Origin: Candidatus Staskawiczbacteria bacterium
GTDB taxonomy: Bacteria; Patescibacteriota; Minisyncoccia; Minisyncoccales; Staskawiczbacteraceae
Length of the DNA: 64,000 bases
Assembly (NCBI GenBank): GCA_041661545.1
Contig: JBAZUH010000001.1
Span: 147,877-211,876, forward strand
Reading direction: 5' to 3'
The translations under genes were made by a program, and so were the position numbers. Shown here one piece after another: positions 36,354 to 45,482 of the stretch. Position 1 is the stretch's first letter; every line of letters begins with the position of its first letter. Below the pieces are notes generated by a model. The model ran no database searches, was not told the DNA's origin, and was given only the letters and a program-made list of their open reading frames with translations.

Positions 36354-36848
36354 ATGAATAGTAGAAATGTATTCAGTATATTAATGATTGTCACAATATT
36401 TTTAGTTGCAGGAGCTGTTTATGCTGTGGCGCCGAATCAATTAAATTCAGTAAAATATACAGAAGCTCAAAAAAAATGTATAAAGATTGCTCAAGAAAAA
36501 ATGGCTAATGCTTTAAAGCCAGCTAGAGAGGCCATGCAAAATGCCACTAAAGATGTGTTGAAAATAAAACAAAATGCAATATCAGCAGCCCAAAAACTTA
36601 CAGACCAAGAAGCTAAAAAAGTTGCTATAAAAGCTGCTAATGAGGCATATAATAACAATCCTGTTGTTAAGAAGGCAAAAATTCCATATTCGGGGGCGGT
36701 TAAAGTAGCAAACGAACAATTTAAAAAAGATCAAAAAAATTGCTTATCTGAATCTCCATTTTCTCCAAACGGATTTTTAAAAAATATTAGAGAAAGATTT
36801 TCAAATTTTGGGCAAGGAATAGAAAAGTTTTTTACTGGTAGAAAATAA
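36354..36848 (+). CDS. secreted alpha-helical hypothetical protein
   Basis: 164 aa; signal/TM start; K/A/Q-rich. Promoter TTGACA (36288), 18-nt spacer, TATAAT (36312). Terminator at 36857-36884. Confidence 0.5.
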   Translation: MNSRNVFSILMIVTIFLVAGAVYAVAPNQLNSVKYTEAQKKCIKIAQEKMANALKPAREAMQNATKDVLKIKQNAISAAQKLTDQEAKKVAIKAANEAYNNNPVVKKAKIPYSGAVKVANEQFKKDQKNCLSESPFSPNGFLKNIRERFSNFGQGIEKFFTGRK

Positions 36849-36941
36849 GAAATAAGAAAAAACCGGCACATAGGCCGGTTTTTTAAATAATATAATTATA
36901 TTATTGATTTCTTTAAAATTTTTTAGTAATATTATATTTGT

Positions 36942-38156
36942 ATGAACATAAATTATAAAAAAATAATATATTCAGTTGTTTTTGTAATAATATTGTTAGC
37001 AGCTGTTGCTTTAGGTATATGGATAGGTGTAAATAAAGTTGCTTACCACGTGCCTCAGCCAGGAACAATTGATTTTTCACTTTTTTGGGATGCATATAGC
37101 CAACTCAAAGAAAATTTTATAAGCCCAGAAAAAATAGATGATCAAAAAGTAATTTATGGGGCTATAAAGGGAATGGCAGAGTCGTTAGGAGATCCTTATA
37201 CAGATTTTTTTAATCCCAGCCAAGCTAAATTGTTTCAACAGGACTTATCTGGTTCTTTTGGTGGAATAGGCGTAGAAATTGGTATTAAAGAAGATATGTT
37301 AACTATTATAGCTCCTCTAAAAAATACTCCAGGAGAAAGGGCGGGTTTGAAGTCAGGTGATGTAATTGTAAAAATAAATGGGCAAGATAGCAGTAAAATG
37401 ACTGGTGATGAAGCAGTAAGCTTGATTCGCGGACCAAAAGGTAAATCAGTTATTCTGAGTATTATGCGAGAAGGCTGGGACAACACAAAAGATATAACAA
37501 TTGTAAGAGACACAATAAAGGTTCCGTTTATTGAATGGTCTTTAATAAATTCTTTAGGAGATGTTGATGACAAAAATGGGGATATAGCATATATTCAAAT
37601 ATACCAATTTAACGAAAGTCTTAGTGAAGAGTTTAAAGTAATTGCTTTAAAAATTTTACAAAGTCCAGCAAAAAAGATAATATTAGACTTGAGAAACAAC
37701 CCCGGAGGTTATTTAGAAGTTTCGCAAGATATTGCTGGATGGTTTTTACAAAAAGACCAAGTAGTAACAATAGAAGATTTTGGAAAAGCTAAATCACAAG
37801 AAATATATAAAACTTCTGGTAATTCCGGTTTAATAAGTTATCCAATTGTTGTATTAATAAATGAGGGCTCTGCTTCAGCATCAGAAATATTAGCAGGAGC
37901 TTTAAGAGATAATAGAAATATCAAATTAATTGGTATGAAATCTTTTGGAAAGGGTTCAGTTCAGCAAGTGATAAGTTTGAATGGTGGTGCGTTTTTAAAA
38001 ATAACAATTGCTCATTGGCTAACCCCAAAAGGCAAATCTATTTCTGAAGTAGGGCTAACTCCAGATATAGAAATTGATATAACAGAACAAGACGTAGAAA
38101 ATAAAAAAGACTCGCAATTAGACAAAGCTATTGAAATTGTAAACAATTTAAAGTAG
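36942..38156 (+). CDS. carboxy-terminal processing protease (S41, CtpA-like)
   Basis: 404 aa; N-terminal TM, PDZ (GLKSGDVIVKING), catalytic region GSASASEILAGAL ... GKGSVQ. Confidence 0.9.
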   Translation: MNINYKKIIYSVVFVIILLAAVALGIWIGVNKVAYHVPQPGTIDFSLFWDAYSQLKENFISPEKIDDQKVIYGAIKGMAESLGDPYTDFFNPSQAKLFQQDLSGSFGGIGVEIGIKEDMLTIIAPLKNTPGERAGLKSGDVIVKINGQDSSKMTGDEAVSLIRGPKGKSVILSIMREGWDNTKDITIVRDTIKVPFIEWSLINSLGDVDDKNGDIAYIQIYQFNESLSEEFKVIALKILQSPAKKIILDLRNNPGGYLEVSQDIAGWFLQKDQVVTIEDFGKAKSQEIYKTSGNSGLISYPIVVLINEGSASASEILAGALRDNRNIKLIGMKSFGKGSVQQVISLNGGAFLKITIAHWLTPKGKSISEVGLTPDIEIDITEQDVENKKDSQLDKAIEIVNNLK

Positions 38157-38193
38157 AATATAGAATATATAAAAGTTAAATAAATATATCAAT

Positions 38194-38667
38194 ATGAAAG
38201 TGATTCTATTGCAAGACGTAGAGGGTCTTGGTAAAAAATATGAAATAAAAGAGGTAAAGAGCGGTCACGCTAGAAATCTTTTATTGCCTCAAAAAATGGG
38301 TCGCCCAGCAACAAAAGAAGCCTTAAAATGGTTGGCTGATCAAAAAGAAGTCATAGAAAAAACAGTAGAAGAAGATTTAAAGAAGTCTCAATCTTTGGCA
38401 TCTCAGCTTGATGGATTGGAATTAAACATTGCCGTTAAGGTTGGAGAAGAAGGACAACTTTTTGAAGGTGTTGGAGTACAAAAAATAGTTGAAAAATTAA
38501 AAGAAATGGGATTTGACGTTAAAAAATCTCAAGTTAAGCTAGAGCATCCTATTAAAGATTTAGGAGATTTTCCGGTAAGCATAAGTTTGGAGCATAATTT
38601 AGAAGCAGAGATAAAAGTAACAGTATCTGCTTTCTCTGAAAAAAATTCTAAAGAAGACGTAGAATAA
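38194..38667 (+). CDS. rplI: 50S ribosomal protein L9
   Basis: MKVILLQDVEGLGKKYEIKEVKSGHARNLLLPQ canonical L9 N-terminus. Confidence 0.92.
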   Translation: MKVILLQDVEGLGKKYEIKEVKSGHARNLLLPQKMGRPATKEALKWLADQKEVIEKTVEEDLKKSQSLASQLDGLELNIAVKVGEEGQLFEGVGVQKIVEKLKEMGFDVKKSQVKLEHPIKDLGDFPVSISLEHNLEAEIKVTVSAFSEKNSKEDVE

Positions 38668-38668
38668 T

Positions 38669-40318
38669 ATGGCCACAAAATATATCTTTGTTACAGGTGG
38701 AGTAATGTCTGGCGTAGGAAAAGGCGTAGCAGCCGCCTCAATCGCCAAAATCATTCAATCAAGCGGTTTTGAAGTCACAGCTATTAAAATTGACCCATAT
38801 GTAAATGTTGATGCTGGCACAATGAGCCCCACTGAACACGGTGAGGTTTTTGTTTTAGACGACGGCATGGAGTGTGACCAAGATATGGGTAATTATGAAA
38901 GATTTCTAAATACAAGCTTGTCTAGCGCTAATTATATGACAACGGGAAGTGTTTATCAGTCGGTTATTAATAAAGAACGAAAAATGGAATATGGTGGAAA
39001 ATGCGTGGATGTGGTTCCTCAAATTCCTTTAGAAGTTATTTCACGTATAGATGAGGCTGCAAAGAAAAGTAAATCAGATATTGTTATAGTAGAAGTTGGA
39101 GGCACAGTTGGAGAGTATCAAAATATTCTTTTTTTAGAAGCTATTCGTATGTTAAAGATTAAGAAGCCAAATGATATTCTTGTAGTTTTGGTTAGTTTTA
39201 TTCCGGCTTTGGGCGCAGGCGGAAACGAGCTTAAAACTAAACCAACGCAATATGCAGTAAAAAGTTTGAATTCAGTAGGTATTCAGCCAGATATTATTTT
39301 GGGAAGAGCTCCAGTATCTTTAGATCAAAAAAGAAAAGAGAAAATTCAATTTATGTGTGGCTTAGAAGAAGGAGATGTTATTTCTGCACCAAATGTAGAA
39401 AGTATTTATGAGGTGGCAATAAATTTTGAAAAAGATAATATTAGTAAAAGAATTTTTAAGAAACTCCATTTAAAACCAAAGAAGAGAAATTTAGTAGAGT
39501 GGCAGGCATTTGTTAAAAAGATAAAAAATCCAAAAGGAGAGGTTAAAATAGGTATTGTAGGAAAATATTTTGGTAGCGGAGATTTTGTTTTAACAGATTC
39601 ATATATTTCTGTATTAGAGTCGGTTAAACATGCTGCTTATTTTTATAATCAAAAACCAGTTATAGAATGGTTAGATTCTGATATATATGAAAAAAATCCT
39701 GCTAAATTAAAAGAATTAAAAGATTATGACGGCATAATTGTTCCAGGAGGATTTGGAAATAGGGGAGTAGAGGGTAAAATTAAAGCCATAGAATATTGCA
39801 GAAAAAATAAAATCCCATTTTTTGGATTGTGCTTGGGCTTACAACTTTCGGTAATTGAATTTGCAAGAAATGTTGCTGGCATAAAAGATGCAACTTCTCG
39901 CGAGTTTGATAAAAATGCTGTAAATCCGGTTATTGATGTTATGCCAGAGCAAAAAACACTTTTGGAAGAAAAGCATTATGGCGGAACAATGAGGTTGGGA
40001 GCATATGATTGTCAGGTTCAAGAGAATACTATTAGTCATAAGGCTTATAAAGATTGGGTAAACAAAGCTAGTGGCCTTTATACGATTTCTGAAAGACATC
40101 GACACAGATATGAAGTTAATAATGATTATCGCGATTTGCTTATTGAAAATGGCCTAGTAGTAGCCGGTTTGAATGAGAAAAAAGACTTAGTAGAGATAAT
40201 TGAACTAAAAGATCATCCATTTTTTGTGGGGGTACAGTTTCATCCAGAATTCAAATCAAGACCATTAAGGCCTCATCCGTTGTTTAGAGAGTTTATCAAG
40301 GCTGCAATAAAAAAATAA
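38669..40318 (+). CDS. pyrG: CTP synthase
   Basis: 549 aa; KYIFVTGGVMSGVGKG, glutaminase domain GLCLGLQ, HRHRYEVN. Confidence 0.96.
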   Translation: MATKYIFVTGGVMSGVGKGVAAASIAKIIQSSGFEVTAIKIDPYVNVDAGTMSPTEHGEVFVLDDGMECDQDMGNYERFLNTSLSSANYMTTGSVYQSVINKERKMEYGGKCVDVVPQIPLEVISRIDEAAKKSKSDIVIVEVGGTVGEYQNILFLEAIRMLKIKKPNDILVVLVSFIPALGAGGNELKTKPTQYAVKSLNSVGIQPDIILGRAPVSLDQKRKEKIQFMCGLEEGDVISAPNVESIYEVAINFEKDNISKRIFKKLHLKPKKRNLVEWQAFVKKIKNPKGEVKIGIVGKYFGSGDFVLTDSYISVLESVKHAAYFYNQKPVIEWLDSDIYEKNPAKLKELKDYDGIIVPGGFGNRGVEGKIKAIEYCRKNKIPFFGLCLGLQLSVIEFARNVAGIKDATSREFDKNAVNPVIDVMPEQKTLLEEKHYGGTMRLGAYDCQVQENTISHKAYKDWVNKASGLYTISERHRHRYEVNNDYRDLLIENGLVVAGLNEKKDLVEIIELKDHPFFVGVQFHPEFKSRPLRPHPLFREFIKAAIKK

Positions 40319-40326
40319 AAGAAAAT

Positions 40327-40362
40327 AAAAACCGTCCGCGACGAAATCGGGACGGTTTTTTT
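40327..40362. terminator. bidirectional terminator between pyrG and rpmA
   Basis: AAAA-ACCGTCC-loop-GGACGGT-TTTTTTT. Confidence 0.8.
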
Positions 40363-40373
40363 AAAATGTTATT

Positions 40374-40655
40374 TTATTTTGTAATTTCTACAGAAACTAC
40401 TTTAGCTGTTCTTCGTGATCCGTTAAAAAGTTTCTTAGCTGTTGAAGAAAATTTAACAAAACCATCTTTCATGGCATATATAGTATCATCAGATCCCTTT
40501 TTAACGTTTTTTCCCAAAAGATATTTTGTGCCACGTTGTCTGATAATAATCATTCCCGTTTTTACTTTTTGTCCGGCAGAAATTTTAACTCCTAGCCTTT
40601 GAGCAGCAGAATCTCTTCCTAGCCTAGACGAACCTCCTTGTTTAGTTTTTGACAT
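40374..40655 (-). CDS. rpmA: 50S ribosomal protein L27
   Basis: MSKTKQGGSSRLGRDSAAQRLGVKISAGQKV...IIIRQRGTK canonical L27. Confidence 0.95.
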   Translation of the reverse strand: MSKTKQGGSSRLGRDSAAQRLGVKISAGQKVKTGMIIIRQRGTKYLLGKNVKKGSDDTIYAMKDGFVKFSSTAKKLFNGSRRTAKVVSVEITK

Positions 40656-40676
40656 ATTTGTAAATATTTATAAATT

Positions 40677-40868
40677 TTGTATAATATGATTATGTTATCA
40701 GAAATAAAGGAATTTGTCAAAGTTCATTTTAGTAACATAATGCTATTTATAATAATAGTTCTTTTGGTTATGTTAGCTTTTTCAGCAGGTTTTTTAGTAG
40801 CGAAATACCAATTTAAGGAACCACTTAAAATTACAATACAATTATGGAACACATACCACAACATATAG
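40677..40868 (+). CDS. possible small membrane protein
   Basis: 63-aa ORF with one TM helix; overlaps the uppS start by 25 nt; weak support. Confidence 0.3.
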   Translation: MYNMIMLSEIKEFVKVHFSNIMLFIIIVLLVMLAFSAGFLVAKYQFKEPLKITIQLWNTYHNI

Positions 40869-41530
40869 TTTTATTTCCAGACGGCAATAGGCGCTGGGCA
40901 AAACAAAAAGGGTTGCACACTCTAGAGGGTCATAAAAAAGGCTATCAAAATCTTTTAGACTTTTCACAATGGTGCAAAAATAAAGGAGTAAAAACTCTTA
41001 CTGCTTTTGGTTTTTCTACAGAAAATTGGAATAGAACCGAAGAAGAAGTGACTTATTTAATGAAGCTTTTAGAAAACTGTTTAATAGACAATCTTTCAAG
41101 CTATGATAAAGAGGGAACTTGCGTAAGGGTAATAGGGCAAAGAGATAGATTGCCCAAATCTTTGCAAGAAGCAATTATAAAAACAGAAACAGCCACTAAA
41201 AATAATCAAAATTTATTTTTAAATTTAGCAATAAGTTATGGCGGTAAATGGGATATTTTAAATGCGGTAAAAAATATAGTTAAAGAGGGAACTCCTGCTG
41301 AGAAAATAGACGAAAAATTATTTGAAAATCATTTATCTACCACTGGCTTGCCAGCACCTGATTTTATAATAAGAGCTGGAGGAGAAATGCGTCTTTCTAA
41401 TTTTGTTTTGTGGCAAGCAGCTTATGCTGAGCTATATTTTTCTTCAAAATTTTGGCCAGACTTTAATGAAGAAGATTTAGATACAGCACTTGCTGAATTT
41501 GATAAAAGGTCACGCCGTTTCGGAAAATAA
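40844..41530 (+). CDS. uppS: undecaprenyl-diphosphate synthase
   Basis: 228 aa; HIVLFPDGNRRWA, FSTENWNR, IRAGGEMRLSNFVLWQAAYAE. Confidence 0.95.
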   Translation: MEHIPQHIVLFPDGNRRWAKQKGLHTLEGHKKGYQNLLDFSQWCKNKGVKTLTAFGFSTENWNRTEEEVTYLMKLLENCLIDNLSSYDKEGTCVRVIGQRDRLPKSLQEAIIKTETATKNNQNLFLNLAISYGGKWDILNAVKNIVKEGTPAEKIDEKLFENHLSTTGLPAPDFIIRAGGEMRLSNFVLWQAAYAELYFSSKFWPDFNEEDLDTALAEFDKRSRRFGK

Positions 41531-41536
41531 AAATTT

Positions 41537-41560
41537 AAAACCCCGCTTAGCGGGGTTTTT
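41537..41560 (+). terminator. intrinsic terminator after uppS
   Basis: AAAA-CCCCGC-TTA-GCGGGG-TTTTT. Confidence 0.8.
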
Positions 41561-41587
41561 GCTTGTGTTGAGTTTATTCAAGCATTT

Positions 41588-42076
41588 TTAATTTATTTTA
41601 CAAAATATCTTAGCCATTTCAAACCATTTTGGGGTGCGGGGATTGTTTTTATATTTTGCTGAAGATTTGTGGATTTCTATAAGAGAGCATATTTCATTTT
41701 TTTTCCAAGTAGATAAATTTTTGCCTTTGTTATTTTTAAGTATTTCTACTGCTTTTAACCAAAGTTCAAAATCTTTTTTCTTTTTATCTGACAATGGATT
41801 TTTTTTAAAAAATGATATTACTATTTTAGATAAGTCGTCTATTTTTTGAACAGAAAATCTTGCTTGGTCTTTTGAGGTTGAAATTTCTCCGCAGTTAAAT
41901 TCTTTTTTTATTTTTTCTAATATTTTAATTTTACTTAAAGGAGATGTAACAACAAATTGAGCTTTCCATCTATAATATGTTGGCGAGCCTGTTCTATCGT
42001 GTCTAGCATCTTTTCTAAATTGCAAATCAAAACATCCATCATTGTTTACTATTGTAGAAATATTAAATGTTTTCAT
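41588..42076 (-). CDS. free-standing LAGLIDADG-family homing endonuclease-like protein
   Basis: 162 aa; degenerate LAGLIDADG core (IVNNDGCFDLQF); family-typical ...LEKIKKEFNCGEI...F.V.KIDDLSKIVISFFKKNPL..KKKKDFELW. Confidence 0.65.
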   Translation of the reverse strand: MKTFNISTIVNNDGCFDLQFRKDARHDRTGSPTYYRWKAQFVVTSPLSKIKILEKIKKEFNCGEISTSKDQARFSVQKIDDLSKIVISFFKKNPLSDKKKKDFELWLKAVEILKNNKGKNLSTWKKNEICSLIEIHKSSAKYKNNPRTPKWFEMAKIFCKIN

Positions 42077-42099
42077 GGTCTTAGTATACCAAATAGATA

Positions 42100-42109
42100 A
42101 TTGTGCGAC
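42100..42109 (+). repeat. ATTGTGCGAC polar motif copy 4
   Basis: Exact 10-mer, intergenic, 20 nt upstream of the metK promoter -35. Confidence 0.9.
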
Positions 42110-42129
42110 AAGGGTGTGGATATCTATGC

Positions 42130-42157
42130 TTGCATTGAATTTTTATTTTGATATAAT
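42130..42157 (+). promoter_or_regulatory. sigma70-like promoter of the SAM riboswitch-metK unit
   Basis: TTGCAT (42130-42135), 16-nt spacer, TATAAT (42152-42157). Confidence 0.6.
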
Positions 42158-42176
42158 TTAGACAATACAATTTAAA

Positions 42177-42308
42177 TTATCAAGAGAATAGGAAAGGGTA
42201 CTGACCCGTTAAATCCTATCAGCAACCTGCTTAGTTGAGTAAGGTGCTAATTTCAGCCCGAAAGGGAAAGATAAATTTTTAATTAGCTTTCCCATAAGGA
42301 AAGTTTTT
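42177..42308 (+). promoter_or_regulatory. SAM-I (S-box) riboswitch with terminator
   Basis: TTATCAAGAG...GGAAAGGGTACTGACCC...AATCC..TCAGCAACC...GGTGCTAATTTCAGC...AGATAA matches the S-box core. The terminator CTTTCC-CATAA-GGAAAG + T5 (42287-42308) can compete with GGGAAAG of the aptamer 3' side. Confidence 0.85.
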
Positions 42309-42314
42309 ACGTTT

Positions 42315-43364
42315 ATGATTATAAATCAAAAAACATATGCAGTAGAAAGTGTGACATCTGGTCATCCAGATAAAGTTTGCGATCAAATTTCAGACGCAAT
42401 TTTAGATGCTTGTTTAGCACAAGATGCAAATTCAAGAGTTGCAGTAGAATCATTTGGTGGGCATGGAATGTTAGTTGTTGGCGGAGAAGTTACAACAACA
42501 GCAAAAGTTGATTATCAGGCAATTGCAGAAAAAGTTTATAAAGATATTGGTTATACTCAAGAATTAAAATTTATAGTAAATGTTGTTGAACAATCACCAG
42601 ATATTGCTATGGGTGTAAATACTGGCGGAGCAGGGGATCAGGGCATTATGTATGGATATGCTACAAGCGAAACCCCAGAATATATGCCATGGGCAGTGGT
42701 TAAGGTTCATGCTTTAGCAAAAGGCTTGCAAAATTTAAGAGAATCAGGAGAAATAAAATGGCTAAAACCAGATGGAAAATCTCAAATAACAATGCAAGAT
42801 GGAAAAATTAAAAATGTTTTAATTAGCACTCAGCATGATGTGGAAGTTTTGCAAGAAGAAATAAAAAACACTTTAACAGAAAAATTAATAAAACCAATTT
42901 TAGGAGATATCGCTGGCATAGATATATTTGTTAATCCAACGGGAAATTTTGTGCAAGGTGGTTTTGAGGCTGACACTGGTTTAACTGGCCGAAAAATAAT
43001 GGTAGATACTTATTGCGGTTTAATTTCTCACGGTGGTGGAGCTTTTTCAGGCAAAGACCCAAGCAAAGTAGACAGGTCAGCTGCTTATATGGCTAGATTT
43101 GCAGCAAAAAATATTGTTGCTAATGGATACGCAAAAGAATGTTTGGTATCGGTGGCTTATGCAATTGGCATGGCCGAACCATTAATGGTTTCTGCAGTTG
43201 ATGAAAATGGAAAAAGTTTAGATGAATTAATTGCTAAGTTTGATTTTAAACCACAATCTATTATTAAAACTTTAGAATTAAAACAGCCTATTTATCAAAA
43301 AACAGCAGCCTACGGTCATTTTGGAAAAGCCGACCTACCCTGGGAAAAAATAATCAAAATCTAA
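42315..43364 (+). CDS. metK: S-adenosylmethionine synthase
   Basis: 349 aa; ESVTSGHPDKVCDQISDAILD, GAGDQG, GGGAFSGKDPSKVDRS. Confidence 0.95.
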   Translation: MIINQKTYAVESVTSGHPDKVCDQISDAILDACLAQDANSRVAVESFGGHGMLVVGGEVTTTAKVDYQAIAEKVYKDIGYTQELKFIVNVVEQSPDIAMGVNTGGAGDQGIMYGYATSETPEYMPWAVVKVHALAKGLQNLRESGEIKWLKPDGKSQITMQDGKIKNVLISTQHDVEVLQEEIKNTLTEKLIKPILGDIAGIDIFVNPTGNFVQGGFEADTGLTGRKIMVDTYCGLISHGGGAFSGKDPSKVDRSAAYMARFAAKNIVANGYAKECLVSVAYAIGMAEPLMVSAVDENGKSLDELIAKFDFKPQSIIKTLELKQPIYQKTAAYGHFGKADLPWEKIIKI

Positions 43365-43374
43365 TATCAAAAAT

Positions 43375-43413
43375 AAAAAACAGCCATGTGCACCGGTGCA
43401 CATGGCTGTTTTT
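43375..43413 (+). terminator. intrinsic terminator after metK
   Basis: AAAAAA-CAGCCATGTGCACC-GGTGCACATGGCTG-TTTTT; a perfect long stem. Confidence 0.85.
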
Positions 43414-43423
43414 ATTGTGCGAC
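43414..43423 (+). repeat. ATTGTGCGAC polar motif copy 5
   Basis: Exact 10-mer immediately after the metK terminator T-run. Confidence 0.9.
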
Positions 43424-43600
43424 AAAAATACCTTTAATTCCGTCGTTTTTTGTTTTAATATAAAGTTATAATATTAAAAGACTTATATCTTAGAGACATT
43501 TTGGATGGCTCAAAACTACTAATATGATTATTTTAAAAAGTTTGTTTTTTCTGTTTGCATTTTTATATAGAAAGAGCAATATTAAACAATAAATATAAAT

Positions 43601-44245
43601 ATGAAAATGCCACTATCATCTTTAGAAAATCTTATCCGGCCACCATTAATGAGAGACATTTTTGGCTATTTCGTGCCAGGTTTTATTTTTTGTATTGTGT
43701 ATTTTATTTACGCCAATGATTATACGTCTTTAATATTATCAACTTCTGGGCTTGCATTAATTTGGGTTAGCGTGGCGATTACTGTAGTTTCTTATTTTGC
43801 TGGTAAAATCGGCATGATGTTAATTGATTGTCTATACTCAATGGTTAGTTTTGTAGTATATACCGTAATAAAAATTCACAAATGCCATATAAGTAAAACT
43901 TCGGTTTTTCAATACATTAAAAATTCTATGCCCGTTGGATCGGTTTCCACACCAGTTGAAACTAAAGATGAAATTGTATATTCTGAATTGCTATCATTAT
44001 GTCAGGAGGTGCCAGTAGTTGGCGATTATCTTGAGAGGAGTGCCATACGTCAAATTTTTTGTAGAAGCGGTCTTGGCTTGTCGATAATACTAGCTGCGAT
44101 ATTAACTCCTAGACTGCCCATAGTGTTAATCGTAGTCGCCGTAAGTTTTCTGTTTCTAATCGATCACATCGCAACTACAAAAAGTTCGAGAGACATGGAG
44201 ATTGACATCGCGATTTTATCTGAAAAAAGAAGGCAGGGCAAATAA
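43601..44245 (+). CDS. polytopic membrane protein, unknown function
   Basis: 214-aa AT-rich ORF with 4-5 hydrophobic helices; bracketed by motif copies 5 and 6. Confidence 0.5.
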   Translation: MKMPLSSLENLIRPPLMRDIFGYFVPGFIFCIVYFIYANDYTSLILSTSGLALIWVSVAITVVSYFAGKIGMMLIDCLYSMVSFVVYTVIKIHKCHISKTSVFQYIKNSMPVGSVSTPVETKDEIVYSELLSLCQEVPVVGDYLERSAIRQIFCRSGLGLSIILAAILTPRLPIVLIVVAVSFLFLIDHIATTKSSRDMEIDIAILSEKRRQGK

Positions 44246-44265
44246 TGGTTTAAAGCGTACATATT

Positions 44266-44275
44266 ATTGTGCGAT
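44266..44275 (+). repeat. ATTGTGCGAT polar motif copy 6 (1-nt variant)
   Basis: 9/10 match; 20 nt after the preceding stop and about 14 nt upstream of a TTGACA -35. Confidence 0.7.
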
Positions 44276-44345
44276 ATTTCAGGCATTAATTTGACAAAGT
44301 ATGTAGATTATATAATATACAAGATGTAGGCAACTTGTATTTATT

Positions 44346-45059
44346 ATGAATAAAAAAAATAATAAACAACGTAAAGATGGTGCAGAGCTAGCTATTTTGC
44401 ATAAAATTATAGAAACAATAAGTTATGACTTAAACCTAGAAGAGGTTTTGTCAAAAATTATAAAAACAGTTGGCAAAGTTACAAAAGCTGATTCTTGTTT
44501 TTTATATTTAATTGATGGCAACAACCTTGTTATGCGCGCTTCGCAAAATCCTCACCCAGGGATTATTGGAAATATTAAATTAAAATTAGGAGAGGGAATT
44601 ACAGGTTGGGTGGCTAAACACAAAAAAACAGTTATTATACCAAAAAATGCATATGAAGATTCTCGATTTAAATTGTTTAATAATTTGCCCGAAGATAAAT
44701 ATGAAACATTTTTGTCTGTGCCTGTAATATATAAAAAACAAACTTTGGGTGTAATCAATGTTCAACATAAAAATTCTCAAAAATATTTTGATAGTGAAAT
44801 AAAACTTTTTGAAACTATTGCCAGAGCAATTGGTGGGGCTATTGAAAATGCAAGATTATTTTCAGAGAGCGAGTGTTTAAGAGAAACTTTAGAAACTAGA
44901 AAATCAGTAGAAAAAGCAAAAGGAATTTTAATGAAAGAAATGTCAATTTCTGAAGATGATGCTTATAAACTTTTAAATAAAAAAAGCATGGACAAAAGAA
45001 TTTCAATGAAAGAAGTTGCAGATGCAATTTTAATTTCTGATGAATTAAGAAAACAATAA
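44346..45059 (+). CDS. GAF-ANTAR RNA-binding antitermination regulator
   Basis: 237 aa. N-terminal GAF-like domain (ADSCFLYL...GEGITGWVA...SVPVIYK..LGVINVQH). C-terminal ANTAR (LETRKSVEKAKGILMKEMSISEDDAYKLLNKKSMDKRISMKEVADAIL). Confidence 0.85.
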   Translation: MNKKNNKQRKDGAELAILHKIIETISYDLNLEEVLSKIIKTVGKVTKADSCFLYLIDGNNLVMRASQNPHPGIIGNIKLKLGEGITGWVAKHKKTVIIPKNAYEDSRFKLFNNLPEDKYETFLSVPVIYKKQTLGVINVQHKNSQKYFDSEIKLFETIARAIGGAIENARLFSESECLRETLETRKSVEKAKGILMKEMSISEDDAYKLLNKKSMDKRISMKEVADAILISDELRKQ

Positions 45060-45060
45060 C

Positions 45061-45088
45061 TTGACACGATATTTATAAAGAATATAAT
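45061..45088 (+). promoter_or_regulatory. sigma70-like promoter of cassette I6
   Basis: TTGACA (45061-45066) starts 2 nt after the ANTAR gene stop; 16-nt spacer; TATAAT (45083-45088). Confidence 0.65.
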
Positions 45089-45100
45089 TAAATTGAAGCT

Positions 45101-45167
45101 GGCACAATGTTGTGTCAACTAAAGCGACAAAGAGGTCTCCTACGCAGGTAGGGGATTTTTGTTGTTT
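45101..45167 (+). promoter_or_regulatory. ANTAR-type leader: two hexaloop hairpins overlapping an intrinsic terminator
   Basis: HP1 is GGCAC-AATGTT-GTGTC (45101-45116). A 7-nt linker follows. HP2 is GCGAC-AAAGAG-GUCUC (45124-45139). Both loops have A at position 1 and G at position 4. The terminator CTCCTAC-GCAG-GTAGGGG + ATTTTTGTTGTTT (45137-45167) shares 45137-45139 with the HP2 3' arm. Confidence 0.65.
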
Positions 45168-45225
45168 AGGCTCATTGAAAACCAATCTTACAGGAACAAC
45201 AACCAGCCAACCAAAGGAGAACCAA

Positions 45226-45453
45226 ATGAACAACTGTCCACTTGCAAAAAATTGCGGAACCAAAAGGTTTTTGGATGATTTCTATGGCGACAGCCACCCC
45301 GATAAGCCTTGCTCGGGCATTTATGCCAGTTGCCACCTCTATATAGCAGACAGAGATGCCCGAGAAGTAGCCGAAGATGCCAAGGACTCGTCCGATCACC
45401 ATTCTGGCGAGCACGCTTCACTTCTGGACAAATTGCTGAGGAGAGCTGGTTAA
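45226..45453 (+). CDS. 75-aa Cys/His-rich hypothetical protein (cassette I6, gene a)
   Basis: ATG 45226 preceded by AAAGGAGAA; Cys at 4, 10, 29 and 36; His/Asp-rich acidic tail; terminator at 45483-45513. Confidence 0.5.
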   Translation: MNNCPLAKNCGTKRFLDDFYGDSHPDKPCSGIYASCHLYIADRDAREVAEDAKDSSDHHSGEHASLLDKLLRRAG

Positions 45454-45482
45454 TAACCATGGTTGATTGATCTCGTCTCTAT

